DNA from: Escherichia coli
GTDB lineage: Bacteria; Pseudomonadota; Gammaproteobacteria; Enterobacterales; Enterobacteriaceae
Assembly: GCF_003334815.1 (NCBI RefSeq)
Contig: NZ_QOWO01000002.1
Direction: 5' to 3' (one strand)
DNA: 64,000 nucleotides
The notes under the pieces were generated by a model. It did not search any database, was not told the DNA's origin, and was given only the letters and a program-made list of their open reading frames with translations. Both the position numbers and the translations under genes were made by a program. Numbering within the stretch: position 1 is the first letter of the stretch; each line of letters begins with the position of its first letter. Below are positions 1 to 11,152 of this stretch, piece by piece.

Positions 1-108
1 GTAACCTAAGCCGAGGTTAATTAATAGCGACTGTAAAAAGTAGAACGCAGTCCACGGGCTAAATACCCGGCTACGGGTAACAAGCGATTCTTTGAGGGTT
101 AAATTCAT
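1..108 (-). CDS. opgE: phosphoethanolamine transferase OpgE (YbiP), N-terminal 36 codons only; gene runs off the window edge
   Basis: Minus-strand ATG at 108 opens a frame reading MNLTLKESLVTRSRVFSPWTAFYFLQSLLINLGLGY to position 1; hydrophobic N-terminus and location next to mntS match the K-12 gene order as I recall it. Confidence 0.5.
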   Translation of the reverse strand, partial: MNLTLKESLVTRSRVFSPWTAFYFLQSLLINLGLGY

Positions 109-379
109 ATGCCACTATCGTAACAAACGCCATGTGCTTACCCTGGCGTCAAGGGTCAATACCTGCAAGAGTGCGTGAAGAGTGGAAAGGGGTCCGCATC
201 CGCGAGCCGCAATATACGCAGGGCTGCAAGAAGATAGAGCGAGCCGCCGTTCAGGTCAACTACTGACGAACAAATCTTTTGCGAAGGGGATTGCAAATCC
301 GACAAAAAGTGGGGTTTTTCAGACCAAAACGCGTTATGCCTGCATGAAAGCAGGAGTGAAGCGGCGTACCGCGACGCCG

Positions 380-508
380 CTATTTATCGGAAGGTTTATC
401 TTGCTGCGGTTTGTTGTTGACCATATCGCACAACATAGAGAGCAGCATTAACCGTACTTTAAAGGGAGAATGACTAAACACGCGCATACACCTCTTGAAC
501 TCATTCAT
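380..508 (-). CDS. mntS: small manganese-homeostasis protein MntS (42 aa), encoded within the rybA transcript
   Basis: Minus-strand ORF ATG(508) to TAG(380) translates MNEFKRCMRVFSHSPFKVRLMLLSMLCDMVNNKPQQDKPSDK, matching my recollection of MntS; too short for the ORF track; sits upstream of mntR as in K-12. Confidence 0.85.
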   Translation of the reverse strand: MNEFKRCMRVFSHSPFKVRLMLLSMLCDMVNNKPQQDKPSDK

Positions 509-565
509 AAGACCTCCTGACTTGCTAATCCCGTCGATCCTTGAGGGATGATTGCATTACATACA

Positions 566-585
566 GATATAGCACAGGCTATATT
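566..585. promoter_or_regulatory. putative MntR operator upstream of mntS (palindrome ATATAGC-N4-GCTATAT)
   Basis: Near-perfect inverted repeat atatagcacaggctatat at 567-584, resembling the ATAGC-N4-GCTAT core of MntR boxes; located about 60 bp upstream of the mntS start codon. Confidence 0.55.
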
Positions 586-693
586 ATATAGCTATTGCTA
601 AAACGTTAATTTTTTGTACCTTCGCAACTCTGGTTTACAATGTGCGCACGAAATGAGAACGCTATGTATGCGTCACCATAATGAGGAAGCACA

Positions 694-1161
694 ATGAGTC
701 GTCGCGCAGGTACGCCAACAGCAAAAAAAGTGACGCAGTTAGTGAACGTGGAAGAGCACGTTGAAGGGTTCCGCCAGGTCAGAGAGGCGCATCGGCGCGA
801 GCTTATTGATGATTACGTTGAGCTGATTTCTGACTTGATCAGGGAAGTGGGGGAAGCTCGTCAGGTGGACATGGCTGCTCGTCTGGGAGTTTCGCAACCG
901 ACGGTGGCTAAAATGCTTAAGCGGCTGGCAACCATGGGGCTGATTGAAATGATCCCCTGGCGTGGCGTGTTTTTAACGGCAGAAGGAGAGAAGCTGGCGC
1001 AGGAAAGCCGCGAGCGACATCAGATAGTCGAAAATTTCTTGTTGGTGTTGGGCGTCAGTCCGGAAATCGCCCGTCGCGACGCGGAAGGCATGGAGCACCA
1101 TGTTAGTGAAGAGACGCTCGACGCTTTTCGTTTGTTTACCCAGAAACACGGTGCCAAATGA
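694..1161 (+). CDS. mntR: manganese-responsive transcriptional regulator MntR (DtxR family), 155 aa
   Basis: Track ORF 694..1161; protein begins [18 protein letters not shown] and matches MntR in length and sequence as recalled. Confidence 0.95.
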
Positions 1162-2276
1162 GCCTGCCTTTTTTACGCACGCTGCAAGGCGATCGTTTTT
1201 TTCAGTTATTAATTCTTGTTGGTATCGGATTAAGCTTTTTCGTGCCCTTTGCACCGAAATCCTGGCCTGCTGCTATCGACTGGCACACCATCATCACCTT
1301 AAGCGGCCTGATGCTGCTGACCAAAGGTGTGGAGTTAAGCGGTTATTTTGATGTGCTGGGGCGCAAAATGGTGCGCCGCTTTGCTACGGAGCGTCGGCTG
1401 GCGATGTTTATGGTGCTGGCGGCGGCGCTGCTTTCTACCTTTCTGACCAACGATGTCGCGCTGTTTATTGTTGTTCCGCTGACTATCACGCTAAAAAGAC
1501 TGTGTGAGATCCCGGTTAATCGGCTGATTATTTTTGAGGCGCTGGCAGTCAACGCTGGTTCGCTACTGACGCCAATTGGCAACCCGCAAAATATTCTTAT
1601 CTGGGGACGTTCTGGTCTTTCGTTTGCCGGATTTATTGCCCAAATGGCACCGCTGGCTGGCGCAATGATGCTGACGCTCCTGCTCCTGTGCTGGTGTTGT
1701 TTCCCTGGAAAGGCGATGCAATACCATACGGGGGTGCAAACACCGGAGTGGAAACCGCGGCTGGTGTGGAGTTGTCTGGGGCTGTATATCGTCTTTCTGA
1801 CGGCGCTGGAGTTCAAACAAGAGCTGTGGGGACTGGTGATTGTGGCGGCAGGCTTTGCGCTGCTGGCACGTCGCGTGGTGCTCAGTGTGGACTGGACGCT
1901 GCTGCTGGTGTTTATGGCGATGTTTATCGACGTCCATTTACTGACCCAGCTTCCAGCGTTGCAAGGCGTGTTGGGTAACGTGAGTCATCTATCTGAACCC
2001 GGGTTATGGTTAACGGCAATCGGTTTATCGCAGGTGATCAGTAACGTGCCGAGTACCATATTGTTGCTGAACTATGTGCCGCCGTCTTTATTACTGGTAT
2101 GGGCGGTAAACGTAGGTGGCTTTGGGTTATTACCCGGATCGCTGGCAAATTTGATTGCGCTACGTATGGCGAACGATCGCCGCATCTGGTGGCGTTTCCA
2201 TCTCTATTCAATACCGATGCTGTTGTGGGCGGCGTTGGTGGGATATGTTTTGTTAGTTATACTCCCGGCCAACTAG
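1158..2276 (+). CDS. ybiR: inner-membrane transporter YbiR (ArsB/NhaD-type permease fold), 372 aa
   Basis: Track ORF; strongly hydrophobic multi-TM protein; start overlaps the mntR stop (ATGA), consistent with an mntR-ybiR operon. Confidence 0.9.
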
Positions 2277-2290
2277 GGTCTGGCAAATAA

Positions 2291-2317
2291 AAAAGGCGGA
2301 TTATGAGTCCGCCTTTT
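2291..2317. terminator. bidirectional rho-independent terminator between convergent ybiR and ldtB
   Basis: GC hairpin aaggcgga-ttatgag-tccgcctt flanked by an A-run upstream and a T-run downstream. Confidence 0.7.
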
Positions 2318-2334
2318 GCTTTAAGTTTTGAAGA

Positions 2335-3255
2335 TTAATTCAGACGAACCGGCATCCCGGAGCGGTTTTTAATCGCTTCATCAAGAACAACCTGATCAAC
2401 ATCTGGCTGACCGGTCACTGTCTGCACGCTCTTCGTCAGGGTAATTGGCACAATTTCCTGACCTTCAAACTGGGCTTCGGTGGTAGACAGCGGGTTATGG
2501 ACTTCAATATAACGGCTGCCGTCTGGCTCGGTGGTCGCTTTTACCGGCTCATCAATAAACTGTACGCGGGTACCGACCGGTACTTTCTCGAACAGGAATT
2601 TGATGTCTTCGTTACGCAGACGCACACAACCATGACTTACACGCAGGCCGATACCGAAGTTGGCGTTGGTGCCATGGATAGCATACAGGCGACCGATATA
2701 GAGTGCATACAGCCCCATCGGGTTATCCGGACCTGCCGGAACGACAGCCGGAAGCGGTTCGCCCGCAGCGCGGTACTCTGCGTGCATTTTGGCGGTCGGC
2801 GTCCAGGTCGGGCCTGCTTTTTTACGCTCAACTTTGGTGGTCCAGTTGATAGGCGTATCTTTGCCTAACTGACCAATGCCGATCGGCAGCACGATAACGG
2901 TGTTGGTCCCTTTCGGATAGTAATAAAGACGCATCTCAGCACTGTTAATGACGATGCCTTCATGAACGGTATCCGGCAGGATCAGCTGCTGCGGAATGTT
3001 CAGTACAGTACCGCCTTTCGGCAGGAAGGTATCCACACCCGGGTTCGCTTCCATCATATTGGAAAGCCCCATCTGGTACTCGGCGGCAAAATACTCCAGC
3101 GGCTGAGTGTTACCTTCAGGAATGGTGATCACCTGATTCTGACCAACCAGGCGACTCCCGTCGGTTGGCAGAGGATAAGTTACCGCAGAGGCGGTACTGC
3201 AAAAGCCGACAACAGCGAAGGCCGCTGCGAATAATGTTTTCAATTTCATATTCAT
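2335..3255 (-). CDS. ldtB: L,D-transpeptidase LdtB (YbiS), 306 aa
   Basis: Track ORF; N-terminal signal peptide [24 protein letters not shown]; length and sequence as recalled for YbiS. Confidence 0.92.
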
Positions 3256-3473
3256 GTTAAGCGAGATTTTGTGCCTGGCAGGCCATTGGGTTGAGAATAT
3301 TAGAGTATTGGAAGCGCATTATAAGTTCATTCCAGCTCACAGTGAAATCAGATGTGTACGAAATCACATTTTTTGCCTTTGGCTTGAGTGTAGACCTTAA
3401 GCGAGGAGCAGGATCTTCTTTCAGACTTATGGCATAATGCGCGGTTTGTCATATCTCTTTTCAGGATACGCCT

Positions 3474-5066
3474 GTGTTAGTTTCCAGTAACGTCACCATG
3501 CAGTTCGGCAGTAAGCCGTTGTTTGAAAACATTTCCGTCAAATTTGGCGGCGGCAACCGTTACGGCCTGATTGGCGCGAACGGTAGTGGTAAATCCACCT
3601 TTATGAAGATCCTCGGCGGCGACCTTGAGCCGACGCTGGGTAACGTTTCCCTCGATCCCAACGAGCGCATTGGTAAACTGCGTCAGGATCAGTTTGCCTT
3701 TGAAGAGTTCACTGTGCTGGATACGGTGATCATGGGGCATAAAGAGTTGTGGGAAGTGAAGCAGGAGCGCGACCGCATCTATGCTTTGCCGGAAATGAGT
3801 GAAGAAGACGGCTATAAAGTGGCCGATCTGGAAGTTAAATACGGCGAAATGGACGGTTACTCTGCGGAAGCTCGCGCCGGTGAACTGTTGCTTGGCGTGG
3901 GAATTCCAGTGGAACAGCACTACGGCCCGATGAGTGAAGTTGCTCCTGGCTGGAAGCTGCGTGTGCTTCTGGCGCAGGCGCTGTTTGCTGATCCGGATAT
4001 TCTCCTGCTCGACGAACCGACCAACAACCTCGACATCGACACCATTCGCTGGCTGGAACAGGTGCTGAACGAGCGTGACAGCACCATGATCATCATCTCG
4101 CACGACCGTCACTTCCTTAACATGGTCTGTACCCACATGGCGGATCTGGATTACGGCGAGCTGCGCGTTTATCCGGGTAACTACGATGAGTACATGACGG
4201 CGGCGACCCAGGCGCGTGAACGTCTGCTGGCCGATAACGCCAAGAAGAAAGCGCAGATTGCTGAGTTGCAATCTTTCGTTAGCCGCTTTAGCGCCAACGC
4301 CTCGAAATCTCGCCAGGCAACTTCGCGCGCGCGCCAGATTGATAAAATCAAACTGGAAGAGGTGAAAGCCTCCAGCCGTCAGAACCCGTTCATCCGTTTT
4401 GAACAGGATAAGAAACTGTTCCGTAACGCGCTGGAAGTGGAAGGTCTGACCAAAGGGTTTGATAACGGTCCGCTGTTTAAAAATCTCAACCTGCTGCTGG
4501 AAGTGGGTGAAAAACTGGCGGTACTGGGTACCAACGGCGTCGGTAAATCAACGCTGCTGAAAACGCTGGTGGGCGATCTGCAACCGGACAGCGGCACCGT
4601 AAAATGGTCTGAGAACGCGCGCATTGGTTACTATGCTCAGGACCACGAATATGAGTTTGAAAATGATCTGACCGTGTTCGAATGGATGAGCCAGTGGAAG
4701 CAGGAAGGCGATGACGAGCAGGCGGTACGCAGTATTCTCGGTCGTTTGCTGTTCAGCCAGGACGACATCAAAAAGCCAGCTAAAGTGCTTTCCGGTGGGG
4801 AAAAAGGGCGGATGCTGTTTGGTAAGTTAATGATGCAGAAGCCGAACATTCTGATCATGGACGAACCGACCAACCACCTGGATATGGAATCCATTGAGTC
4901 GCTGAACATGGCACTGGAACTGTATCAGGGCACGCTGATCTTTGTTTCACACGACCGTGAGTTCGTAAGCTCCCTGGCGACCCGCATTCTGGAAATCACC
5001 CCGGAACGCGTGATCGACTTTAGCGGTAATTACGAAGATTACCTGCGTAGTAAAGGGATCGAGTAA
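3474..5066 (+). CDS. ybiT: ABC-F family ATPase YbiT (two ABC domains, no membrane domain), 530 aa
   Basis: Track ORF with GTG start; two Walker A motifs (GANGSGKST and GTNGVGKST) and two LSGG signature motifs. Confidence 0.93.
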
Positions 5067-5125
5067 GTGATTATCCGTCACCCCGATACTGTCGGGGTGA
5101 CGGCGGCTGATGACAAATGCAAAAT

Positions 5126-5226
5126 AGCCTGATGCGCTACGCTTATCAGGCCTACGCAGTACCTGCAATATATTGAATCTGCAGGACTTTGTAGGCCGGA
5201 TAAGGCGTTAACGCCGCATCAGGCAT
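5126..5226. repeat. REP/BIME element (two inverted REP units with a central palindrome)
   Basis: gcctgatgcgctacgcttatcaggcctac and gtaggccggataaggcgttaacgccgcatcaggc are classic REP sequences; related copies occur at 47205-47302 and 48258-48344. Confidence 0.85.
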
Positions 5227-5306
5227 TAACAAAGCGCATTTGTCAGCAATCTGAGTAACGTCGAATCGATTTTCTTAATCCCACATCAATTCACTTCCAT
5301 TAATTC

Positions 5307-6572
5307 TCAAACATCCATGCCCAACGCTCGCTTACCGTGAATGTTGAGGTCGGCAAGCGTAAAGCGTCCTTCCCAGTTTGTTTCATAGTCCTCGCGCGGG
5401 AAGTCGCCCGGCGATGCGCCTTTTTCCAGTGCGGCCTTCACCTTGTGCGCGTAGGCAAGATTTTTCTCGCACATCGGTGCCGCAGGAATGTACATCACGT
5501 TGCCCCAACCTTGTTGATTTTCAACGGGGGCAACGGAATGGATGACGTCGCAGTGCCACCAGACGGAGTCTCCGGCTTCGAGTTTTGGAATGCTGGTTAA
5601 CGCCTCAATCAACAGTGGATGCCATTGCTCTGATACCGGCAATACTCTTCCGGGCGCTACGCCGCACAGTTCATCCTCCGGCACATCATCAAGCAGCGGA
5701 CGTAACAGTACGTACGCCATAGCTTCAGGAATGGGCACGACGTGCAGCAGCCCCTGACCAGGCAGCATATCAGAGAGCGCTGTCCAGCCCTGGAATGTCC
5801 GAAACACGGAACATTTGGTGGTGTTGTCCACCGTGTACTCTTCAACTTCCGTACGATGTGCCGCATGCCAGGGATCATATTGCGCCAGATTGCCATTAAA
5901 GACGTTGGCGAAAACGCGCTGATACGCTGGAAGCAGCCAGCGTTCCAGTGCCCCGGAGTCGGTATGCGCTCCAAGACCTTTGGAGGTCGTTCCGGGCGGA
6001 CGGCGGCGGATACGGTCAGGGTAGATGACGCTCACATCCGGGTTAAACCATTGCTTTCCATCACTTTCAAATGTCCACAGACGATTGAGAAACGACTGCG
6101 CATTCGCCATTTCTTCACTCTGGCGGGCCTGCATTTGCGCCTGCGACCAGTAGATGGGGTAAATCTCGGGACGTGAAGCGCTGAGCGTCCCGAAGAAATT
6201 ATCGCCGGGGCCTTTGTAGACCTCGTCAAAGCGGTTGCGGTCCAGATAGTCCAGCATCGACTGATCCCAGCCTAGCGCTTGTTCGCGGGGGAAATGGCCT
6301 TTTATCACCGCACAACCGCGACGTTTAATCTGTTCGCGCTGCTCTGCAGTAACATGACCTGCTTTGATATCGGCATAAGACAGCACCGGCCAGACGGCAT
6401 CGCCCTGTGCTTTGAGTGCGTTGATTTCAGCCACTCGCGTGGCAATGTCATCGCTTAGCTGATTAAAGATCTGCTGGACGTCGCCAAGCTGCGCCCGCAG
6501 CGCGTGCTTCATCTGACGGATAGCTGCTTTGTGATCGGCAGGCAATGTGTCGCTGGTAAAAGTAGAAGCCAT
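5307..6572 (-). CDS. ybiU: DUF1479-family protein YbiU, 421 aa
   Basis: Track ORF 5307..6578 begins at a GTG; the ATG two codons in (MASTFTSD...) follows the SD gagagg and gives the 421-aa length I recall. Confidence 0.88.
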   Translation of the reverse strand: MASTFTSDTLPADHKAAIRQMKHALRAQLGDVQQIFNQLSDDIATRVAEINALKAQGDAVWPVLSYADIKAGHVTAEQREQIKRRGCAVIKGHFPREQALGWDQSMLDYLDRNRFDEVYKGPGDNFFGTLSASRPEIYPIYWSQAQMQARQSEEMANAQSFLNRLWTFESDGKQWFNPDVSVIYPDRIRRRPPGTTSKGLGAHTDSGALERWLLPAYQRVFANVFNGNLAQYDPWHAAHRTEVEEYTVDNTTKCSVFRTFQGWTALSDMLPGQGLLHVVPIPEAMAYVLLRPLLDDVPEDELCGVAPGRVLPVSEQWHPLLIEALTSIPKLEAGDSVWWHCDVIHSVAPVENQQGWGNVMYIPAAPMCEKNLAYAHKVKAALEKGASPGDFPREDYETNWEGRFTLADLNIHGKRALGMDV

Positions 6573-6681
6573 AACCACCTCTCATTAACTTTCATTCGAA
6601 ACCATTCTGATTTGCATGTGACAATATAAGTTATAAATAAGTTAATGCAAGTTTAATGATTTGATGTGATGTACAGGATGT

Positions 6682-6716
6682 AAAAAGAAGGGAAAACCGG
6701 AGCGCACGGCTCCGGT
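6682..6716 (-). terminator. rho-independent terminator downstream of ybiV
   Basis: Minus-strand hairpin accggagc-cgtgcg-ctccggt followed by tttcccttcttttt. Confidence 0.7.
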
Positions 6717-6723
6717 AGAGAGG

Positions 6724-7539
6724 TCAGCTGTTAAAAGGGGATGTGTTATCCAGCACCGCCTGAATCACATTCAGCGCGCCTTCATGATTATTATCATCGG
6801 TAGCGTAACGGGCGATTTGTTTAATGTTTTCCGCAGCATTGCCCATCGCAAAGGAATAACGCGCCATTTTCAGCATCTCCGCATCGTTACCGCTGTCGCC
6901 AATCGCTACCACATTTTGCGGTGACAGATCCCAGCGTTTCAGTAACCGCGAAATACCGTTTGCTTTATGTAGACCGGGAATAATCAGGTCGATAAAGCCA
7001 AAACCACTGGTAACGGGTTTCATAATGCCATCGAGCGCTACGTGCAGTTTGTCGATCACTAACGGGATTTGTTCATCCGGCAGGTTGAGCGAAAACTTGA
7101 ACAGTACGTCGTCAATCTCCTGATAATCTTTTACAGGTTTCAGGCGATGGTAGTGTTTTGCCATCAGTGCGACAAATGCTTCGGGGGCATTTTCGCTGAC
7201 ATATGCACTTTGCAGACCGCAGGCGACAAAATTGAGTTGCTTATCTTTTAGCAACTCGCCAATAACAATCCGCGATTCATGTCGGGTCAGTTCGCCGTGG
7301 AACAACTGCTTGCCATGTTCGTAAACCAGTGCGCCGTTTTCCGCGACAAAAGAGATCTCATCCTTTAGCTCAGGAAAGAATGAAATAAGCTGGTAATACT
7401 GATTACCGCTGGCAACAACGAACTTAATGCCGCGCTTTTTCAGTTCCTGATATTGCGCCATAAAACGTGGTTGGTTGTACGTTTTGGCGTCGTTAAGAAA
7501 AGTACCGTCCATGTCTGTGACGATAACTTTTACGCTCAT
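6724..7539 (-). CDS. ybiV: sugar phosphatase YbiV (HAD superfamily, Cof-type), 271 aa
   Basis: Track ORF; HAD motif I DMDGT near the N-terminus; paralogous to ybjI in this same window. Confidence 0.93.
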
Positions 7540-7684
7540 AGGTGTGCTCCTGGCTCGAAAATGAAACCGTAACAGTGTAATAACAATGTGACGCAGAGCA
7601 CAAATTATATTTCGAATGAAAGTAAGGATGAAATTGATGATGTGAATGATTTAGCCCGGCGACGACGCCGCCGGGCCGAGGAGA

Positions 7685-10117
7685 TTACAGCATATGTTCA
7701 GTACGGGCGATGATATCGTCCTGAGCGTCTGGAGAGAGCGCGGTGAAGAACGCGGAATAGCCCGCGACACGCACTACCAGATCGCGATACTGATCGGGAT
7801 GTTTTTTCGCATCCAGCAGCGTTTCGCGGGAAACGATGTTGTACTGAATATGCCAGCCTTTATGCACTTCAAAGAAGGTACGCAGCAGGATCATCAGTTT
7901 CTGCTTGTCAGATTCGTTCTCCAGCGTTGCCGGATTCAGTTTCTGGTTGAGCAACACGCCGCCGAGAATCGCTGCCGTAGGCAGTTTACCCACTGAGCCA
8001 ATGACCGCAGTAGGGCCAAGATGGTCAGTACCGGAGGCCGGGCTTGCGCCTTCTGCCAGCGGGGTGTGGGCTTTACGCCCGTCCGGTGTTGCCATAGTCT
8101 GCGCGCCAAACGGTACGTTAGCGGAGATTGATGACGTACCCGCGTAATAGTTGCCGCCAACCGGACCACGACCGTAGCGCGGATTATGGTACTGTTTCAG
8201 TTCGTCGATATAGGTCTGATAAGCGCGAGCCAGCAGCGTATCGACAGTATCATCGTCGTTGCCGTACTTCGGCGCACCGTTAATCAGCCGCTGACGCAGC
8301 TGCTCGTGAGTCAGGCCGTCGAAGTCATCTGCCAGTGCGGCAGCAAGCTGTTGCTGACCAATCGCACCTTGTTCAAACACCAGTTTCTTCACTGCCGCCA
8401 GGCTGTTGCCGAGGTTGGCAATGCCGACCTGCAGGCCAGAAACCCAGTCATATTTCGCGCCGCCTTGCTTGATACTTTTCGCTCGCTCAATACAGTCATC
8501 CACCAGCGCCGAGCAGAGAATATCGTGCACGTTCTCTTCCAGCATGGTGTCGACGACATATTCGATTTCGATTGATTTGCGGGTGTAGTAACGGATTTGC
8601 GTATCCCACGCGTCCATCACTTCATCGAAGTTGTTGAAGTTACCTGCCGACAACGCTTTTTCTTGTGGCAGGAACACTTTGCCGCTGGTGGCATCATGCC
8701 CGCCTTCCAGCGCCGCCAGCATCACGCGGGCGAAGTTGATAAAGCTCATGCCGGTACAGCGATAGCCCCATTTGCCACCGACGGCGGTTTCTATACAACC
8801 AATCGCTGCGTAGTCATAAGCGTCCTGCGGTTCAATACCGAGTTTAATAAATTCCGGGATCACGATTTCGTCGTTGTTGAACGCCGGCATCCCGAAGCCG
8901 CAACGGATCACCTGTACGCAGGCGTCGAGGAAATCGTTGCTCATTCCTGCATGGTAACGCACGCTGAGGTTAGGCTGAGTGGAACGCAGGCGACCGCAGG
9001 ATTCGAGGATCGCGTAAGAGAGTGGATTCACCGCGTCCATTGGTTGACCATCAACCAGATTTTGCCCGCCAATAGTGACGTTCTGATACAGCGGACTTCC
9101 CGCAGAGGCTTTTGAGTGTGAGCCGGAGCGGATCTTGTTCACTTCCAGCAGTTTCAGCCAGCAGCTATGCAGCATCTCGATGGCGTGTTCGCGATCCAGC
9201 GTCTGGTTGAGTTCAACGTCGCGGCGATAGTACGGGTAGAGATACTGGTCCATACGACCAAACGATACTGAGTGACCGTTAGATTCGATCTGCAAAATCA
9301 ACTGGATGAAGTAACACAGTTGCAGCGCCTGCCAGAAAGTCTGCGGCGGCTGGTGGGCGATAAGATCGCAGTTTTCTGCCATCGCCAGCAGTTCATCGCG
9401 ACGGCTTTCGCGGGTTTCGGTCGCGGCCATTTCACGCGCCAGGGCAGCGAAACGTTCAATGTGTTCACTGACTGCCACCAGCACGATATCAATCGCTTTC
9501 AGGAATTGCTCACCGTGTAAATCTTCCAGCACCGTCAGGTTGATGCGCGAGCGACGTTCCGCTACTTTCTCGCGCAGACCATCAAGCCCTTTTTCCAGCA
9601 GCAGCGGGAAATTCACCGCCAGGTGCGCATCGCCGGAGGTCATATTGCCTTCCGCTTTAATGATTCCGGTCGCCAGCAGACCTTTTTGCTCATCGGTAAA
9701 CATGCCGTAGCAGCGATCCTGTACGGTCTGACCGCGCCACCACGGGCACACTTCATGCAGAACGCGTTTGTTCTCTTCGCTCACCGCAAAGCCAGCACCG
9801 GGACGATCTGCCAGATCATCAATCTCTTTTTCGATCCACGAGACAGTATATTCCGGGAAGATCGGCGCGGCGCGAACTTCGCTTGCCTGGTTGCCAATGA
9901 TCAACTCATCGTGTTTGATCCAGATGGTGCGATTCGCCAGGTGATGCGCCAGTGCCAGCGCGCGACGTACCGGGATCGGCTTATCGAGATGTTGTTGATA
10001 CATCTCGGTATAGTGCTGCGCGCGCTCGGTACAGACTGGCGGTTTCACAATATGCACCAGCGCATTTTTGTGCGCTTTAATGCGGTCGCTGAGCGTGTCC
10101 AGTTTCAGTGTGGTCAT
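7685..10117 (-). CDS. ybiW: glycyl-radical enzyme YbiW (PflF, pyruvate formate-lyase homologue), 810 aa
   Basis: Track ORF; C-terminal glycyl-radical motif RVAGYSA present; length as recalled. Confidence 0.93.
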   Translation of the reverse strand: MTTLKLDTLSDRIKAHKNALVHIVKPPVCTERAQHYTEMYQQHLDKPIPVRRALALAHHLANRTIWIKHDELIIGNQASEVRAAPIFPEYTVSWIEKEIDDLADRPGAGFAVSEENKRVLHEVCPWWRGQTVQDRCYGMFTDEQKGLLATGIIKAEGNMTSGDAHLAVNFPLLLEKGLDGLREKVAERRSRINLTVLEDLHGEQFLKAIDIVLVAVSEHIERFAALAREMAATETRESRRDELLAMAENCDLIAHQPPQTFWQALQLCYFIQLILQIESNGHSVSFGRMDQYLYPYYRRDVELNQTLDREHAIEMLHSCWLKLLEVNKIRSGSHSKASAGSPLYQNVTIGGQNLVDGQPMDAVNPLSYAILESCGRLRSTQPNLSVRYHAGMSNDFLDACVQVIRCGFGMPAFNNDEIVIPEFIKLGIEPQDAYDYAAIGCIETAVGGKWGYRCTGMSFINFARVMLAALEGGHDATSGKVFLPQEKALSAGNFNNFDEVMDAWDTQIRYYTRKSIEIEYVVDTMLEENVHDILCSALVDDCIERAKSIKQGGAKYDWVSGLQVGIANLGNSLAAVKKLVFEQGAIGQQQLAAALADDFDGLTHEQLRQRLINGAPKYGNDDDTVDTLLARAYQTYIDELKQYHNPRYGRGPVGGNYYAGTSSISANVPFGAQTMATPDGRKAHTPLAEGASPASGTDHLGPTAVIGSVGKLPTAAILGGVLLNQKLNPATLENESDKQKLMILLRTFFEVHKGWHIQYNIVSRETLLDAKKHPDQYRDLVVRVAGYSAFFTALSPDAQDDIIARTEHML

Positions 10118-10122
10118 GGTTG

Positions 10123-11022
10123 TTATCCTCGTAAGGTCGCGGTTAACCCTTTCTGGCAGGCATACTGCTGGGCAAAGTCGAGCAGTTCTGGCGCATCAAG
10201 CGGTTTTTCCGGGGCGTCATAGGGCAGATTAAGTAAGTGATATTTGTTGATGCCCAGCGTGTGGTAGGGCAGAAAATGAATTTCGCCAACGTGCAGCTCG
10301 TCGGCGGCAAAATCGGTAATGGCTTTTACAGAGGTTTCGTCGGCATTAAAGCCCTGAATCAGCGGCACGCGGATAATGATTTTTTTGCCCGCTGCGGCGA
10401 GTTTTTTCAGGTTATCCAGCACTCTGGCGGCGTTACCGTCGGTCCACTGTTTAAACGGCGCGTCGGCAACGTGTTTTAAATCGGCAAGAAACAGATCGAT
10501 ATAGGGCAGAGAAGGGGCGATATATTTCCACGGCACATGCAGACAGGTTTCTACCGCAGTATGAATGCCTGCCTCGTGGCTGGCTTGCAGTAGCGCCATC
10601 GCCATTTCCGGCTGCATAAAGGGCTCACCACCCGAAAGCGTTAAACCGCCGCCGCTGCGATCGTAAAACGGTTTATCGCGCAGAACGGTCGTCATGATCT
10701 CCTCAACGCTTTTCACTTCACCACACACGGTTAATGCCTGTGTCGGACAGCAGTCGGTTAACGCCGTCAGATGCTCCGGGGTTAACTTTTCCCGATGAAT
10801 AAGCAAACCATTCAGCGCGCGCTCAATCACTTCCGGCGCGGCCTTAGCGCACAGCTCGCAGCCTTCCAGACACAGTCGTGCGTCATACAGCAGATCCTGC
10901 GTGCGGGCGCGGCTTTCCGGGTTCTGACACCAGCGGCAGCCCAGCGAACAGCCTTTAAGAAATACGACCGTGCGGATACCGGGGCCATCATGGGTCGAGT
11001 AGCGCTGAATATTGAAAATCAT
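10123..11022 (-). CDS. ybiY: glycyl-radical enzyme activase YbiY (PflE, radical SAM), 299 aa from second ATG
   Basis: Track ORF extends to 11049 (308 aa), but that ATG has no SD; the ATG at 11022 is preceded by gagagg; radical-SAM cysteine motif CSLGCRWC present; sits 5 bp upstream of ybiW. Confidence 0.85.
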
Positions 11023-11152
11023 AGTTGCCTCTCTATTTCGTTCAAGCATTAAAATACTTTCGAATGAAAGTTAGATTGATGTGCGTCAACTGTTCAGAGA
11101 GTTTTCCCGTGATAGTCTACATTCAGACAAAAAGTACATTTTGAGGATGGTT

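Noticed and set aside
182-451. 89-aa plus-strand ORF from the six-frame track
   Set aside because: Antisense to, and overlapping, the well-supported mntS gene; no SD sequence; low-complexity arginine-rich translation; most likely a shadow ORF.
3477-4271. 264-aa minus-strand ORF inside ybiT, and similar long antisense ORFs inside ybiW (8597..9115, 9623..10222), hcp (59953..60714), artP (50497..51147) and ybjL (36561..36947)
   Set aside because: All lie wholly within, and antisense to, confidently identified genes; typical shadow ORFs in GC-rich coding sequence with no independent start signals.
5126-5226. REP/BIME clusters (also 47205..47302 and 48258..48344) considered as CRISPR repeats or mobile-element ends
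   Set aside because: Units are imperfect inverted REP palindromes without regular spacers, cas genes or transposase; these are ordinary repetitive extragenic palindromes.
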